Shown here: positions 30,027-39,200 of the stretch, one piece after another
Layout: every line of letters starts with the position of its first letter
Numbering within the stretch: position 1 is the first letter of the stretch
Position numbers and translations under genes: made by a program
Assembly (NCBI GenBank): GCA_965215015.1
Contig: OZ244042.1
Span: 5,568,001 to 5,632,000, forward strand
Direction of reading: 5' to 3'
Length of the DNA: 64,000 nucleotides
From: Candidatus Poribacteria bacterium
GTDB lineage: Bacteria > Poribacteria > WGA-4E > PCPOR2b
Notes under the pieces: generated by a model
The model's input: the letters and a program-made list of their open reading frames with translations, nothing else
Databases searched by the model: none
Told to the model about the DNA's origin: nothing

Positions 30027-30467
30027 TCAAGCTGATTGTTGCAAAATCTGAATCATCGCGTCCAATGCCAACTCATAACCATGCGCCCCAAATCCACAAA
30101 TTACGCCGACAGCGATAGGGGAAATGTAAGAATGCTGGCGAAAAGATTCTCGGGTGTGCACATTGGAGAGATGGATCTCAACAACAGGAAGATTAATCGC
30201 AGACAGGGCATCCCGGATTGCAACGCTTGTATGCGTGTAAGCGGCAGGATTGATGATGACACCATCCGCCCAATCGATATTATCCCCAATGGATGAGACA
30301 ATTTCACCTTCGGAATTTGCCTGAAAGATTTTGAGATTAACACCCCGTCCCGAACAGATTTTGATCAGGTGTAAATTGATGTCTTCTAGCGTCTGGCTGC
30401 CGTAAATTTCTGGCTGTCGTCTTCCCAATAGTTGGAGGTTGGGGCCGTGAATCAATAAGATGTTCAT
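30027..30467 (-). CDS. aroQ: Type II 3-dehydroquinate dehydratase
   Basis: HGPNL..LG.R.PEIYG, NPAAYTHTS and EIHLSN motifs. Confidence 0.96.
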   Translation of the reverse strand: MNILLIHGPNLQLLGRRQPEIYGSQTLEDINLHLIKICSGRGVNLKIFQANSEGEIVSSIGDNIDWADGVIINPAAYTHTSVAIRDALSAINLPVVEIHLSNVHTRESFRQHSYISPIAVGVICGFGAHGYELALDAMIQILQQSA

Positions 30468-30471
30468 ATAG

Positions 30472-31011
30472 TCAATTCTTCTTTACATCCGCTCGTCTCG
30501 AGAGGAGGCTCTGTTGGAATATCTCTACAATTTTATCTGTGACTGCTCTGATTGATAGGCCTGTGGTTGGAATATCGTGATCGGCGCGAGCGTAAAAGGG
30601 GCGACGTTCTATAAGCATTTGCTCAATTTTGCCCAATGGATTGGGGTCTTGCAGCAACGGCCGGTGCGTTTCACTCCCAACGCGCCGCCAGATCTCCTCT
30701 GGCGTTGCTGTCAAACAGAAGACAATGCCGTTGCGCTTGAGCATCTCCAAATTTGATTCTCGAAGGACAACCCCGCCGCCCGTTGAGATTACATGATTCT
30801 CTAAATTTGCCGCCTTGCGAATAGCTGCGCCCTCTAAATCCCTGAAGTGTGCTTCTCCATACCGAGCGAAGATGTCAGGGATAGCCATCCCGCTATCCTC
30901 TCCTATTATATCGTCCGTATCGATTATCGACATCCCCAGACGCTGGGCGAGTTTCTGCCCGACTGAGGTTTTGCCAGTTCCCATGAAACCAACCAAGACG
31001 ATATTTGGCAC
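30472..31011 (-). CDS. aroK: Shikimate kinase
   Basis: GFMGTGKT, GEAHFRDLE, STGGG and RPLL motifs; GTG start with GGAG RBS. Confidence 0.95.
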   Translation of the reverse strand: MPNIVLVGFMGTGKTSVGQKLAQRLGMSIIDTDDIIGEDSGMAIPDIFARYGEAHFRDLEGAAIRKAANLENHVISTGGGVVLRESNLEMLKRNGIVFCLTATPEEIWRRVGSETHRPLLQDPNPLGKIEQMLIERRPFYARADHDIPTTGLSIRAVTDKIVEIFQQSLLSRRADVKKN

Positions 31012-31154
31012 GAATTCTCCCCACCCCGTAAGGGTATTAGTATACATATATTCTAACCAATTGTAAAGCAATTCTTTGCCCGGTATGGAAGGCTATATCG
31101 CCGTTAATCAGATTGGCGATTCGGCTTTAGGAATGCCATCTTTCACGCAGCAAA

Positions 31155-32150
31155 TTACATTGACTGAAAGAAGTCAGCCAAGTCCTTGCCGTGTGTCCTT
31201 GCATTGACCTGTTTATCGAGTTTGATAATCTGTCCGTTTTTGTCGATGACAACCGTTATACGACTGCTCAAACCGTCTGGTTTGTCCGTCGCGCCGAAAA
31301 GCAAACTAATGTGGCGTCCTGTATCCACAAGCAATGGAAAGTTAAGGTTATTCTGTTCAGCAAACTCCTTGTGAGATGCTGCATCTTGTACGCTAATTGC
31401 GAAGACTTGCGTATCATGTTCGGCAAATACACTCGACTCATCCCGGAGCGAGCAGACCTCTGCCGTTCAGCCGCCGGTGAAATCTTTGGGATAGAAGGCT
31501 AGCACAACGTTCTTTTTCCCTTTGAAGCTGCTGAGTTGATAGGTGTTACCGTCCTGATCAGAAGCGATGAAGTCTGGTGAAGGTTGCCCGACCTGAATTG
31601 GGCCCGGAATGTTTTCCTTGATTAGCTTGACGAGATCTTCGCCATGCGTTTCCGTGTTTACGGCTCGATCTATAACACGAATATATCCCGCCTTGTCAAT
31701 AACAAAGGTTGATCGATTGGAAGCCTGAAACTTTTCCATAATGCCGCTATAGATTTTGCTGACCACAAATTCCGTGTCGGCGAGTAGAGGGAACCCAAAC
31801 TTCTCCTCCTCTTGGAATTTTTTATGAGAGGCTTCATCATCAACGCTGACCCCCAAAAGGACCGTATCTGTCGCCTGAATTTGGCTCAACTCATCCCGGA
31901 GCGAGCGGAGTTCTGTCGTTCAGCCGCCAGTGAAGTCTTTGGGGTAAAATGCCAAAACGACATTCTTTTTTCCTAGATAATCGCGTAGGCTATGAGCGAT
32001 CCCATCTCCATCGTTAAGTGTAAAATCTGGTGCCGTCATGCCAACTTTCAGGTCTTTAAATATTTCCATCTGTTTCTCCTTCGCGTTTATTACGTTGATA
32101 ACTATAAATGTAGCAACAATTGTAATGCAGAACATTGAAATACGTGACAT
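31155..32150 (-). CDS. Exported tandem two-domain BCP/PrxQ-type peroxiredoxin with two in-frame UGA codons (probable selenocysteines)
   Basis: One continuous frame: signal peptide, then [17 protein letters not shown] (31920-31922) and [17 protein letters not shown] (31467-31469), ending at TAA 31155-31157; each UGA sits at the peroxidatic Cys position of PxxxTxxC. Confidence 0.9.
31431..31453 (-). promoter_or_regulatory. Bacterial SECIS-like hairpin for the second UGA
   Basis: GCTCGCTC-CGGGAT-GAGTCGAGT, 13 nt after the UGA, with a bulged U and a G-containing loop. Confidence 0.8.
31884..31906 (-). promoter_or_regulatory. Bacterial SECIS-like hairpin for the first UGA
   Basis: GCTCGCTC-CGGGAT-GAGTTGAGC, 13 nt after the UGA. 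Confidence 0.8.
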
Positions 32151-32219
32151 TGTGTACCTCCTGTCGGCATTCAAGGATTTACAGGATAACAACCCTATAT
32201 GAATCTTGACCGACAAGAC

Positions 32220-32333
32220 TTCGAGGGTTCAACGGTGTAAATCCTGAATGTACGAATGAACTCTTCTTTAATGAACCGATGAGCTGTTGAATAATGTGGC
32301 AACGACAACCTCACCAACTCGCACCAAAGGTTA
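32220..32333 (-). repeat. Dispersed ~115-bp element, copy A
   Basis: Highly similar to 57944-58058; diverged inverted copy at ~22193-22263. Confidence 0.8.
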
Positions 32334-33605
32334 TCACTTCCGCAGCGTCTCCAAAACGTCGAAGAAAGTTGGGAAGGTTTTGCTCACACAACCGGGGTCT
32401 TTGATCCGAATACCCGGCACTTTTAAGCCGATTAATGAAAACCCCATCGCAACCCGGTGGTCTTTATATGTTTCGATTTCCGCGGGCATAATTTGAGCGG
32501 GTGAAATCTCAACGCCATCTTGACGTTCAACGACTGGGACACCCAGTTTTCGGAGCTCTGTGACCATGGCGTGGATGCGATCTGTTTCTTGATGGCGCGT
32601 ATGTTCGATATTCCGAATGGTCACCGGACTCTCTGCGAAAGGTGCAATTGCGGCGAGGGTCAGCGATGTGTCGGAGATTGCTTTCATATCCAGATTAATC
32701 CCCTTGAGTCGATCTGGTCCGATGACTTCAATAGCATCGGCGCAGCGTTTCACTTGACAACCCATCTGTTCTAGGACATTGACAAACTGGACATCTCCCT
32801 GTGCGGAATCAGGGCTCAGGTTGGTTACTCGAACGCGACCACCGGTGATCGCAGCGGCAGCAAAGAAATAGGACGCATTGGAAGCGTCTGGCTCAACGGC
32901 GTATTCGCGGGGTTGGTAGTGCTGCCCGCCCTCAATATAAAAGGATTTGTAGCTGTCGTGAGTTACGTCTACACCAAACGCTTTCATCACTGAGGTGGTG
33001 ATGTCAATGTAAGGGGTCTTCATTTCTCCCACGACCTCAATCGCTATCCCTTTTTCGGCATAGGGGGCAACGAGCATCAGCGAAGTCAAGAACTGACTGC
33101 TTTTGGTGGCATCGAGGCAGGTTTTTCCACCCTTGAGTCCGTTTGCCCGAACAATTAACGGCAGAAAGTCGTTATCGAATTTTGAACGGACGTCAACGTC
33201 GAGCTGTTTAAGCGCATCAAGTAACTCCGAGATAGGACGACTCCGGCGCATCGGCGCGTCGCCATCAATGATAAATTCGCCGTTGCCGAGCGCAACGTAG
33301 CTGACGAGCGGGCGTGCTGCTGTGCCCGCATTGCCGATGTAAAGTTCAGCGTGATTGACGGGGATTTTCCCGCCATTTCCAACTATTTCAAATGTGCATC
33401 CTTCCTCATCTGCCTCAATCTCAACGCCGAGTTTTTGCAATGCCCCGCACATATAGTGAGTGTCATCGCTGAAAAGGGCACCTATTAATCGAGAACGTCC
33501 TTCAGCGAGTGCGGCAACGAGCAACGCCCGATTCGTGTAGCTCTTTGAACCGGGCACTGTGACTGTGGTGTTGATTGGTTTCTGGATGGGTTGGATTTCG
33601 ATCAT
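32334..33605 (-). CDS. aroA: 3-phosphoshikimate 1-carboxyvinyltransferase (EPSP synthase)
   Basis: PGSKS, GNAGTAAR, SSQF, ETDRI, DHRVAM and KTFPTF motifs. Confidence 0.96.
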   Translation of the reverse strand: MIEIQPIQKPINTTVTVPGSKSYTNRALLVAALAEGRSRLIGALFSDDTHYMCGALQKLGVEIEADEEGCTFEIVGNGGKIPVNHAELYIGNAGTAARPLVSYVALGNGEFIIDGDAPMRRSRPISELLDALKQLDVDVRSKFDNDFLPLIVRANGLKGGKTCLDATKSSQFLTSLMLVAPYAEKGIAIEVVGEMKTPYIDITTSVMKAFGVDVTHDSYKSFYIEGGQHYQPREYAVEPDASNASYFFAAAAITGGRVRVTNLSPDSAQGDVQFVNVLEQMGCQVKRCADAIEVIGPDRLKGINLDMKAISDTSLTLAAIAPFAESPVTIRNIEHTRHQETDRIHAMVTELRKLGVPVVERQDGVEISPAQIMPAEIETYKDHRVAMGFSLIGLKVPGIRIKDPGCVSKTFPTFFDVLETLRK

Positions 33606-33618
33606 TGACGGATTTTCT

Positions 33619-34527
33619 CTATTTTTCGACTTCAATCAGTCCATGTTCGGTCAGCAGTTCCTGTAATGCACCCTTCGCCGCATCGTCCACCGGCAGGAGG
33701 GGACTAGTGGTGTAATGACCGCAGACACAGAGAAGTTCCATGCAGGCTTTTAGGCAACTGATTGCTGCGCCATAGCCGTAGAGTTTGCTCAAGTCAAGGA
33801 TTTGCTTCTGCAGGCGATGGACTTCATCAACCTGTCGAGCCTTCGCTGCATTATACAACTGAACGGAGGTTCTCGGATCGACGTTGGAGATTGAGATGAC
33901 GGCACCTGCTGCCCCGAACAGGATTGCTGCGCCCGCCAACGTATACGAGCCGAGCATAATCGAGAAATCCTCATTGTCACCGAGGTATGCAAGCATTTTG
34001 AGAAAGTTCGTCCAATCCCCGGAGCTATCCTTGATTCCGACGATGTTTTCCACACCCTCTGCTAAATCGCGGACAACTTCCGGTGGAATTGCGGTTTTCA
34101 CCATCACCGGGATATTGTAGATAACTACCGGCAAATCGGTACTTTGAGCGATAGTCTTGTAGAAATCGACAATGTCGGCATCGCCGATTGATGGGTAGTA
34201 GTAGGGTGGGGTTGCCGCAACAGCATTAATCTTAAATTCCTGTGCGATTTCAATATTCTGGACGACCCGCTGGGTGCTTGAATCCATGACGCCGCAGATA
34301 ATCGGGACACGCCCCCCGACCGTGTGGGCGGCAATTTCGATTGCGCGTTGACGTTCTGCATTTGTCAGCGTCGTGAACTCTCCTGAGGTGCCGAGTAGGT
34401 AAATGCCGTGCACACCGTTATCGATTAGACGGTTGAGATGCTTCACAAACCCCAACTCATCAATCCGTTCCTTTTCGTCCAAAGGCGTTATCGTCGGTGT
34501 CAGAATGCCTTCAAATCGTCCCTTCAT
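33619..34527 (-). CDS. Dihydrodipicolinate synthase family aldolase
   Basis: LGTSGE, IYNIP and GIKDSSGD motifs. Confidence 0.9.
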   Translation of the reverse strand: MKGRFEGILTPTITPLDEKERIDELGFVKHLNRLIDNGVHGIYLLGTSGEFTTLTNAERQRAIEIAAHTVGGRVPIICGVMDSSTQRVVQNIEIAQEFKINAVAATPPYYYPSIGDADIVDFYKTIAQSTDLPVVIYNIPVMVKTAIPPEVVRDLAEGVENIVGIKDSSGDWTNFLKMLAYLGDNEDFSIMLGSYTLAGAAILFGAAGAVISISNVDPRTSVQLYNAAKARQVDEVHRLQKQILDLSKLYGYGAAISCLKACMELLCVCGHYTTSPLLPVDDAAKGALQELLTEHGLIEVEK

Positions 34528-34556
34528 GGTGCTTTTCTCCTTGATGACCTGCCATA

Positions 34557-35496
34557 TCAATGGTACTTCTTAAGCGATTGAATCGCTTCCTGTACCTGTG
34601 CTGAAATTTCTGATGGAACACGCGGGTTAAATGGCCCCCCCTGTGCCGCCTACAATATCGCTAAAACCGCTGAGGTTCATCGCTTCTATCACAGCGGAAT
34701 AGTTATAGAGGCGTTCATTCATGAAGCGAATTTCTTCAAGAGCGAAGATGTCGGCCTCAATTTGGCCAGATGTTTCATAATCACCACGACGTTGGGCGTT
34801 GTTGATCTCATCGGAAGCGCGGGCGCATAAGACGGCGATCCCTGACGTATGCCCTTTCGTACCGAGTTCCGCCGGGCGTGTGCATCGATCTCCGATACCC
34901 CAAACGACGAGTCCACTGTCCCCTACACCATCAATGACTGGCTCTACATCTTCTACACCTGTACCAATCTTCACACCGATAAAGTGTGGTGAATTATTGA
35001 CCAGACGAATCATCGCCTCAAGTTCACGTTTCTGGCGGAAATAGTAAAGGAATCGCGCACCGCAGGATTCGCCGTACTTTTCGCCAAACCTCATGTACTG
35101 TTGATATATGCCTTCGGGGTTTGATATTCCTGTTAAAGGCATTATCAGGTACACATCGGGTGGACGCTGTAAGTTGGACTGCGCTTCGATGAGTTTCCCC
35201 GCGTCCCCGATCGGGTTCGGCACAATACCTGACATCAGAATGCCATCACCCGCCATCTCGATACCCGTGGCGTCCATGACACGAGTTTGCTCCTCCAAGC
35301 TGACGTGATGGATGAGGCTTGTCCCGGCGATTGCGATTACCCGTTTTCGATTGCCTTCGAGATAGTTGTTCTGCATTAAGTAGTTGATATTTTTCGTATG
35401 CCCTGCGTAGTCGATTTCGCTATCTTTGAAGGGGATGATTGGAATGGCTGTCACAGAATCTAAAGCGTCTAAAAGGGTTGGTGTATCAATAGACAT
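34557..35496 (-). CDS. DapA/KdgD-like family protein with a one-base frameshift in a G7 run near the 3' end
   Basis: IGVKIG and GHTSGIA motifs; ORF stops at 34627 as given, but G6 instead of G7 at 34635-34641 restores GGPFNPRV…KKYH* ending at 34557. Confidence 0.7.
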
Positions 35497-35640
35497 AGAT
35501 ATTCTCCCGTTAATCTAAATTTGAACTAATACTTTCTGATTGATTAACAATTTTATTAATGGGTTAAGTTTAGCAGAATTTTCCCACGATGTCAATGCTC
35601 AACATTTCCCTTGCCAGGGCAATTGTATGTAAATATTGTG

Positions 35641-35770
35641 TAGGACTTACGCACTTCAATTGCGAAAATCATCTCCTGTTTCCGCCACGGATTGTCCCCC
35701 TGCTTGCGGGGGGATAGGGGGGATTCTTAGGGGGGTGCCGGGGGAAAATCCTTACCCCCGGCCCCGTAAA
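35641..35770. repeat. MITE-like end TAGGACTTACGCA plus CCCC..GGGG palindromic repeat
   Basis: Same terminus at 57582/57970; CCCCTGCTTGCGGGGGGA also at ~19300. Confidence 0.55.
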
Positions 35771-35953
35771 CGGGGAGAAGAAGGCGTATGCCTATGATTT
35801 TGGCAGAGGGCAATGGAAATCTAATCGTGGACACAGGTTTCCAACCTGTGATCGCCCGCAAATTAGAAAATCCGCGCTACAACAGAGATTAACCCAAGGT
35901 TCTGATTGCCCAATTGCCTAATTGCTATAATAGATGCAATTCCCCTATTTCCC

Positions 35954-35982
35954 TTGCAAAAATAGATTAATTGTGCTATAAT
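35954..35982 (+). promoter_or_regulatory. Sigma70 promoter of the pyr operon
   Basis: TTGCAA-17 nt-TATAAT with extended TG. Confidence 0.7.
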
Positions 35983-36021
35983 TAGATGAGTTTCAGGGCA
36001 GCAGTGTACGCGGAAAATTTT

Positions 36022-36145
36022 CCCTTTTAATCTGATCCCGTGAGGTTAGGAAAGGGTGTCAAACATGATTTACGGCTATACCTATCTCTCAAAATCTATT
36101 GGATTGTCGGTGCCTCCCTCTTTTTGTTGTAGGGGAGGCTTTTTT
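36022..36145 (+). promoter_or_regulatory. PyrR-binding attenuator leader with intrinsic terminator
   Basis: CCCTTTTAATCTGATCCCGTGAGGTTAGGAAAGGG matches the PyrR binding-loop pattern; terminator GCCTCCCT…AGGGGAGGC-TTTTTT at 36112-36145; pyrR lies downstream. Confidence 0.85.
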
Positions 36146-36165
36146 ATGCCCGGATTTAATGCCCG

Positions 36166-36744
36166 ATGAATGCACAAGCTGTATTGGATTTCATTGAAGA
36201 GATTGGCGTTCTCAAAAATCTATCACGTACCGGTTGGCGTTTTCGCGGTATCAAGGATGCTGAGAGTGTCGCGGATCACTGCTATCGGGTATCACTTTTG
36301 GCGATGATTCTGTCAGATGTGTTGACGGAGCAGGACGTTCCGTTGGACGTGGAAAAGGTGATGCGCATCGCATTGTTGCACGAAGTCGCTGAGGCACGGA
36401 TTGGGGATTTGCCGTTTCCAGCCCTCAAATATATTCCCGAGGACCTCAAGGTGGCGGGGGAACGCGCTGCTGTCGAGTCGATGTTTGAAAGCTTTGGCCC
36501 ACTCCAACAAAAGTATATCCGACTTTGGGAGGAGTTTGAGCAAGGGACATCTATTGAGGGAAAGTTAGTGCGGGCTGCTGATAAACTTGAGTTGATGATT
36601 CAAGTCTTGGAATACGAAAAAATTGGCTATCGATCGTTGGATGAATTTTGGGTGAACCCTTGGAATTATCGGAATTTTGAGGATTCTCCACTGATACAGG
36701 AGATTATGGACCTCCTGTATCAAAGGCGGGAAGATTTAGCTTAA
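36166..36744 (+). CDS. HD-domain 5'-deoxynucleotidase-like hydrolase (YfbR/HDDC2-like)
   Basis: RTGW…ESVADH, LLHE and ADKLE motifs. Confidence 0.88.
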   Translation: MNAQAVLDFIEEIGVLKNLSRTGWRFRGIKDAESVADHCYRVSLLAMILSDVLTEQDVPLDVEKVMRIALLHEVAEARIGDLPFPALKYIPEDLKVAGERAAVESMFESFGPLQQKYIRLWEEFEQGTSIEGKLVRAADKLELMIQVLEYEKIGYRSLDEFWVNPWNYRNFEDSPLIQEIMDLLYQRREDLA

Positions 36745-36774
36745 AGATTGTTGATGCAAGGGGGTGTGATGCAA

Positions 36775-37323
36775 ATGCGTGAGAAGACACAAGTGATGAC
36801 AGCGGAAGACATTCGGCGATCGGTGGTCCGCATATCACATGAGATTTTGGAGCGAAATCATCAAGAAATTGCCGATCTGGCGGTCATTGGCGTTAAAAGT
36901 CGCGGAGATCATCTTGCACATCGAATCGCTGAAAACCTGGAGCGAACTGAGGGGATTAAAGTGCCGGTCGGCGTCGTTGATGTGCGGCTCTATCGAGATG
37001 ATGTGAACCTGTATGATGAAACGATTAAAGTGAATCGCACAGAGATCCCGTTTGATCCCACAGCAAAGCGTGTTATCTTGGTTGATGAAGTTCTTTACAC
37101 TGGACGCACGGTCCGCGCTGCGATGGACGCGGTCATGGATTTTGGACGTCCCGCAGCGATTCAGTTAGCGGTTCTGATTGACCGGGGCCATCGTGAACTC
37201 CCGATTGCGGCGGACTACATCGGCAAGAACATCCCGACCTCGCGCAAGGAGATTGTTCGCGTTCAATTGGTTGAAGAGGATGGGGTTGACCGGGCAGTGA
37301 TCTACGAGGAGGACGGTTCATGA
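36775..37323 (+). CDS. pyrR: Bifunctional pyr regulator/uracil phosphoribosyltransferase
   Basis: RISHEILE, LYRDD, VDEVLYTGRT and DRGHRELPI motifs. Confidence 0.96.
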   Translation: MREKTQVMTAEDIRRSVVRISHEILERNHQEIADLAVIGVKSRGDHLAHRIAENLERTEGIKVPVGVVDVRLYRDDVNLYDETIKVNRTEIPFDPTAKRVILVDEVLYTGRTVRAAMDAVMDFGRPAAIQLAVLIDRGHRELPIAADYIGKNIPTSRKEIVRVQLVEEDGVDRAVIYEEDGS

Positions 37324-38588
37324 GTCGGATACTCATCCGTAACGGCCGCATTCTTGACCCTGCCAACCAGATTGACGCTACCGGAGATCTCCTGATTTGT
37401 GATGGGAAAATCGATCGAATCGGCGACCGAATTGACATTGAGGCTTCTCAAACCGTTGATGCAACGGGCTTGATTGTTACGCCGGGCTTGATTGATATGC
37501 ACGTTCATCTCCGAGAACCCGGATTTGAGCATAAGGAGACAATTGCATCAGGCACCCGTGCGGCGGCGGCTGGCGGGTTTACGTCCGTTGCGTGCATGGC
37601 GAATACCAATCCGGTGGCAGATTCACCGGAGGTCATCGAATTGATACGGTCGCAAGCGCGGAAAGAAGGTGTGACGAATGTGTTTCCAATCGGCAGTATC
37701 ACGAAAAATCTCGATGGCGAGGTATTGACGGATGCACCAGTGTTGTTAGCGGCTGGTGCTGTTGGGCTATCGGATGATGGTAAAACGGTCATGGATGCCG
37801 GGTTGATGCGCGATGTGTTGGCGTTAAGCGCGAAATACACTTTCCCCGTCATGGTCCACTGCCAAGAACATGACCTTGACATGGGAGCAGTCATGAACCT
37901 CGGCGAAACGTCGCGTCGATTGAATCTACCCGGAAGCCCCAACGCTGCGGAAGATATTATCGTTGCCCGCGACATTATGTTAGCCGAGTTGACCGGTGGC
38001 CACCTCCATATTCTCCACGTTAGCACGGCGGGATCCGTCGGGCTTGTCCGTTGGGGTAAACGCAGAGGGGTCAACGTAACCGCTGAAGCGATGCCGCATC
38101 ACTTTACGCTCACTGACGCAGCGATCGAAGAACATGGTGTGAACGCTAAGATGCACCCGCCCTTGCGTACACAGACTGACGTTGATGCCGTCATCGAAGG
38201 GATCAAGGACGGCACACTCGATGCGATTGCCACAGATCACGCGCCACATGCCCCATTTGAAAAGGCACAGGGTATGCTTGACGCGCCGCCGGGTATCATC
38301 GGATTGGAGACCTGCGTGCCGCTTGTGTTTGACCGACTGATCCACCCGGGGCAGATCACGTTAGCGGAGGCGATAGCGAAAATGACCTGCGTTCCGGCCA
38401 AGATTCTACAAATCGATCGTGGGACGCTATCAATCGGCGCGGTCGCTGATGTGACGCTGATAGATCCGGAGAAGGTAGCGACGGTGGATGTGACGCAGTC
38501 TCCCTCCAAAAGCCGCAATACACCTTTCAACGATTGGGAATTGAAAGGGTGGCCCGTGATGACTATTCGGGACGGTATTGTTAGGTAA
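37320..38588 (+). CDS. pyrC: Dihydroorotase
   Basis: DMHVHLREPG, KMHPPLR and ATDHAPH motifs; ATGA overlap with pyrR. Confidence 0.95.
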   Translation: MSRILIRNGRILDPANQIDATGDLLICDGKIDRIGDRIDIEASQTVDATGLIVTPGLIDMHVHLREPGFEHKETIASGTRAAAAGGFTSVACMANTNPVADSPEVIELIRSQARKEGVTNVFPIGSITKNLDGEVLTDAPVLLAAGAVGLSDDGKTVMDAGLMRDVLALSAKYTFPVMVHCQEHDLDMGAVMNLGETSRRLNLPGSPNAAEDIIVARDIMLAELTGGHLHILHVSTAGSVGLVRWGKRRGVNVTAEAMPHHFTLTDAAIEEHGVNAKMHPPLRTQTDVDAVIEGIKDGTLDAIATDHAPHAPFEKAQGMLDAPPGIIGLETCVPLVFDRLIHPGQITLAEAIAKMTCVPAKILQIDRGTLSIGAVADVTLIDPEKVATVDVTQSPSKSRNTPFNDWELKGWPVMTIRDGIVR

Positions 38589-38636
38589 AACGTGAAATAC
38601 AATCACAGCCTACTAACTTCCCAAGTGGGGTGAGAT

Positions 38637-39185
38637 GTGGCTAAGGACAAGCACTTCAGGAATTTACCTGCGATAGAGACCGAAAGGTTGCTTTTGAGAA
38701 CGCTGGAGATGGAGGATGCCGAGGGTATATTTGAATGGGTTTCAGACCCACAGGTGACAACGTACCTCTTCTGGCGGGCCCACCAATCGATAGAAGACAG
38801 TAGAGACTTTATTTCATGGGTAACGACCGATAATTTCGCGTGTTGGGGTGTTGTCCTGGCCGAAGACAATAAGATCATCGGAAACTGCTTCTTGCATAAC
38901 GTGAACTTTGAACACAAAAGGGCAGAGATCGCCTTCAATATTGGTCGAAAGTATTGGGGGAAGGGTTATGCTACTGAGACTGCTCAGGCGATTATCCAAT
39001 TCGGTTTTGGATATTGGCAGCTCAATCGAATTGAAGGGACCTGCATGGTCAAGAACCATGCTTCCGCTCGCGTGATGGAGAAAGCTGGTATGACCCTTGA
39101 GGGGGTCTTGCGAAAGTATGTCTACGTTAAGGGACAGTTTCACGATATGAAGTTGTACTCAATTCTGAGATCCGACTCGCAATAG
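38637..39185 (+). CDS. GNAT N-acetyltransferase (RimJ/RimL family)
   Basis: IETERLLLR, YWGKGYATE and NHASARVMEKAG motifs. Confidence 0.9.
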   Translation: MAKDKHFRNLPAIETERLLLRTLEMEDAEGIFEWVSDPQVTTYLFWRAHQSIEDSRDFISWVTTDNFACWGVVLAEDNKIIGNCFLHNVNFEHKRAEIAFNIGRKYWGKGYATETAQAIIQFGFGYWQLNRIEGTCMVKNHASARVMEKAGMTLEGVLRKYVYVKGQFHDMKLYSILRSDSQ

Positions 39186-39200
39186 ATAAAGAGCTAGCCA

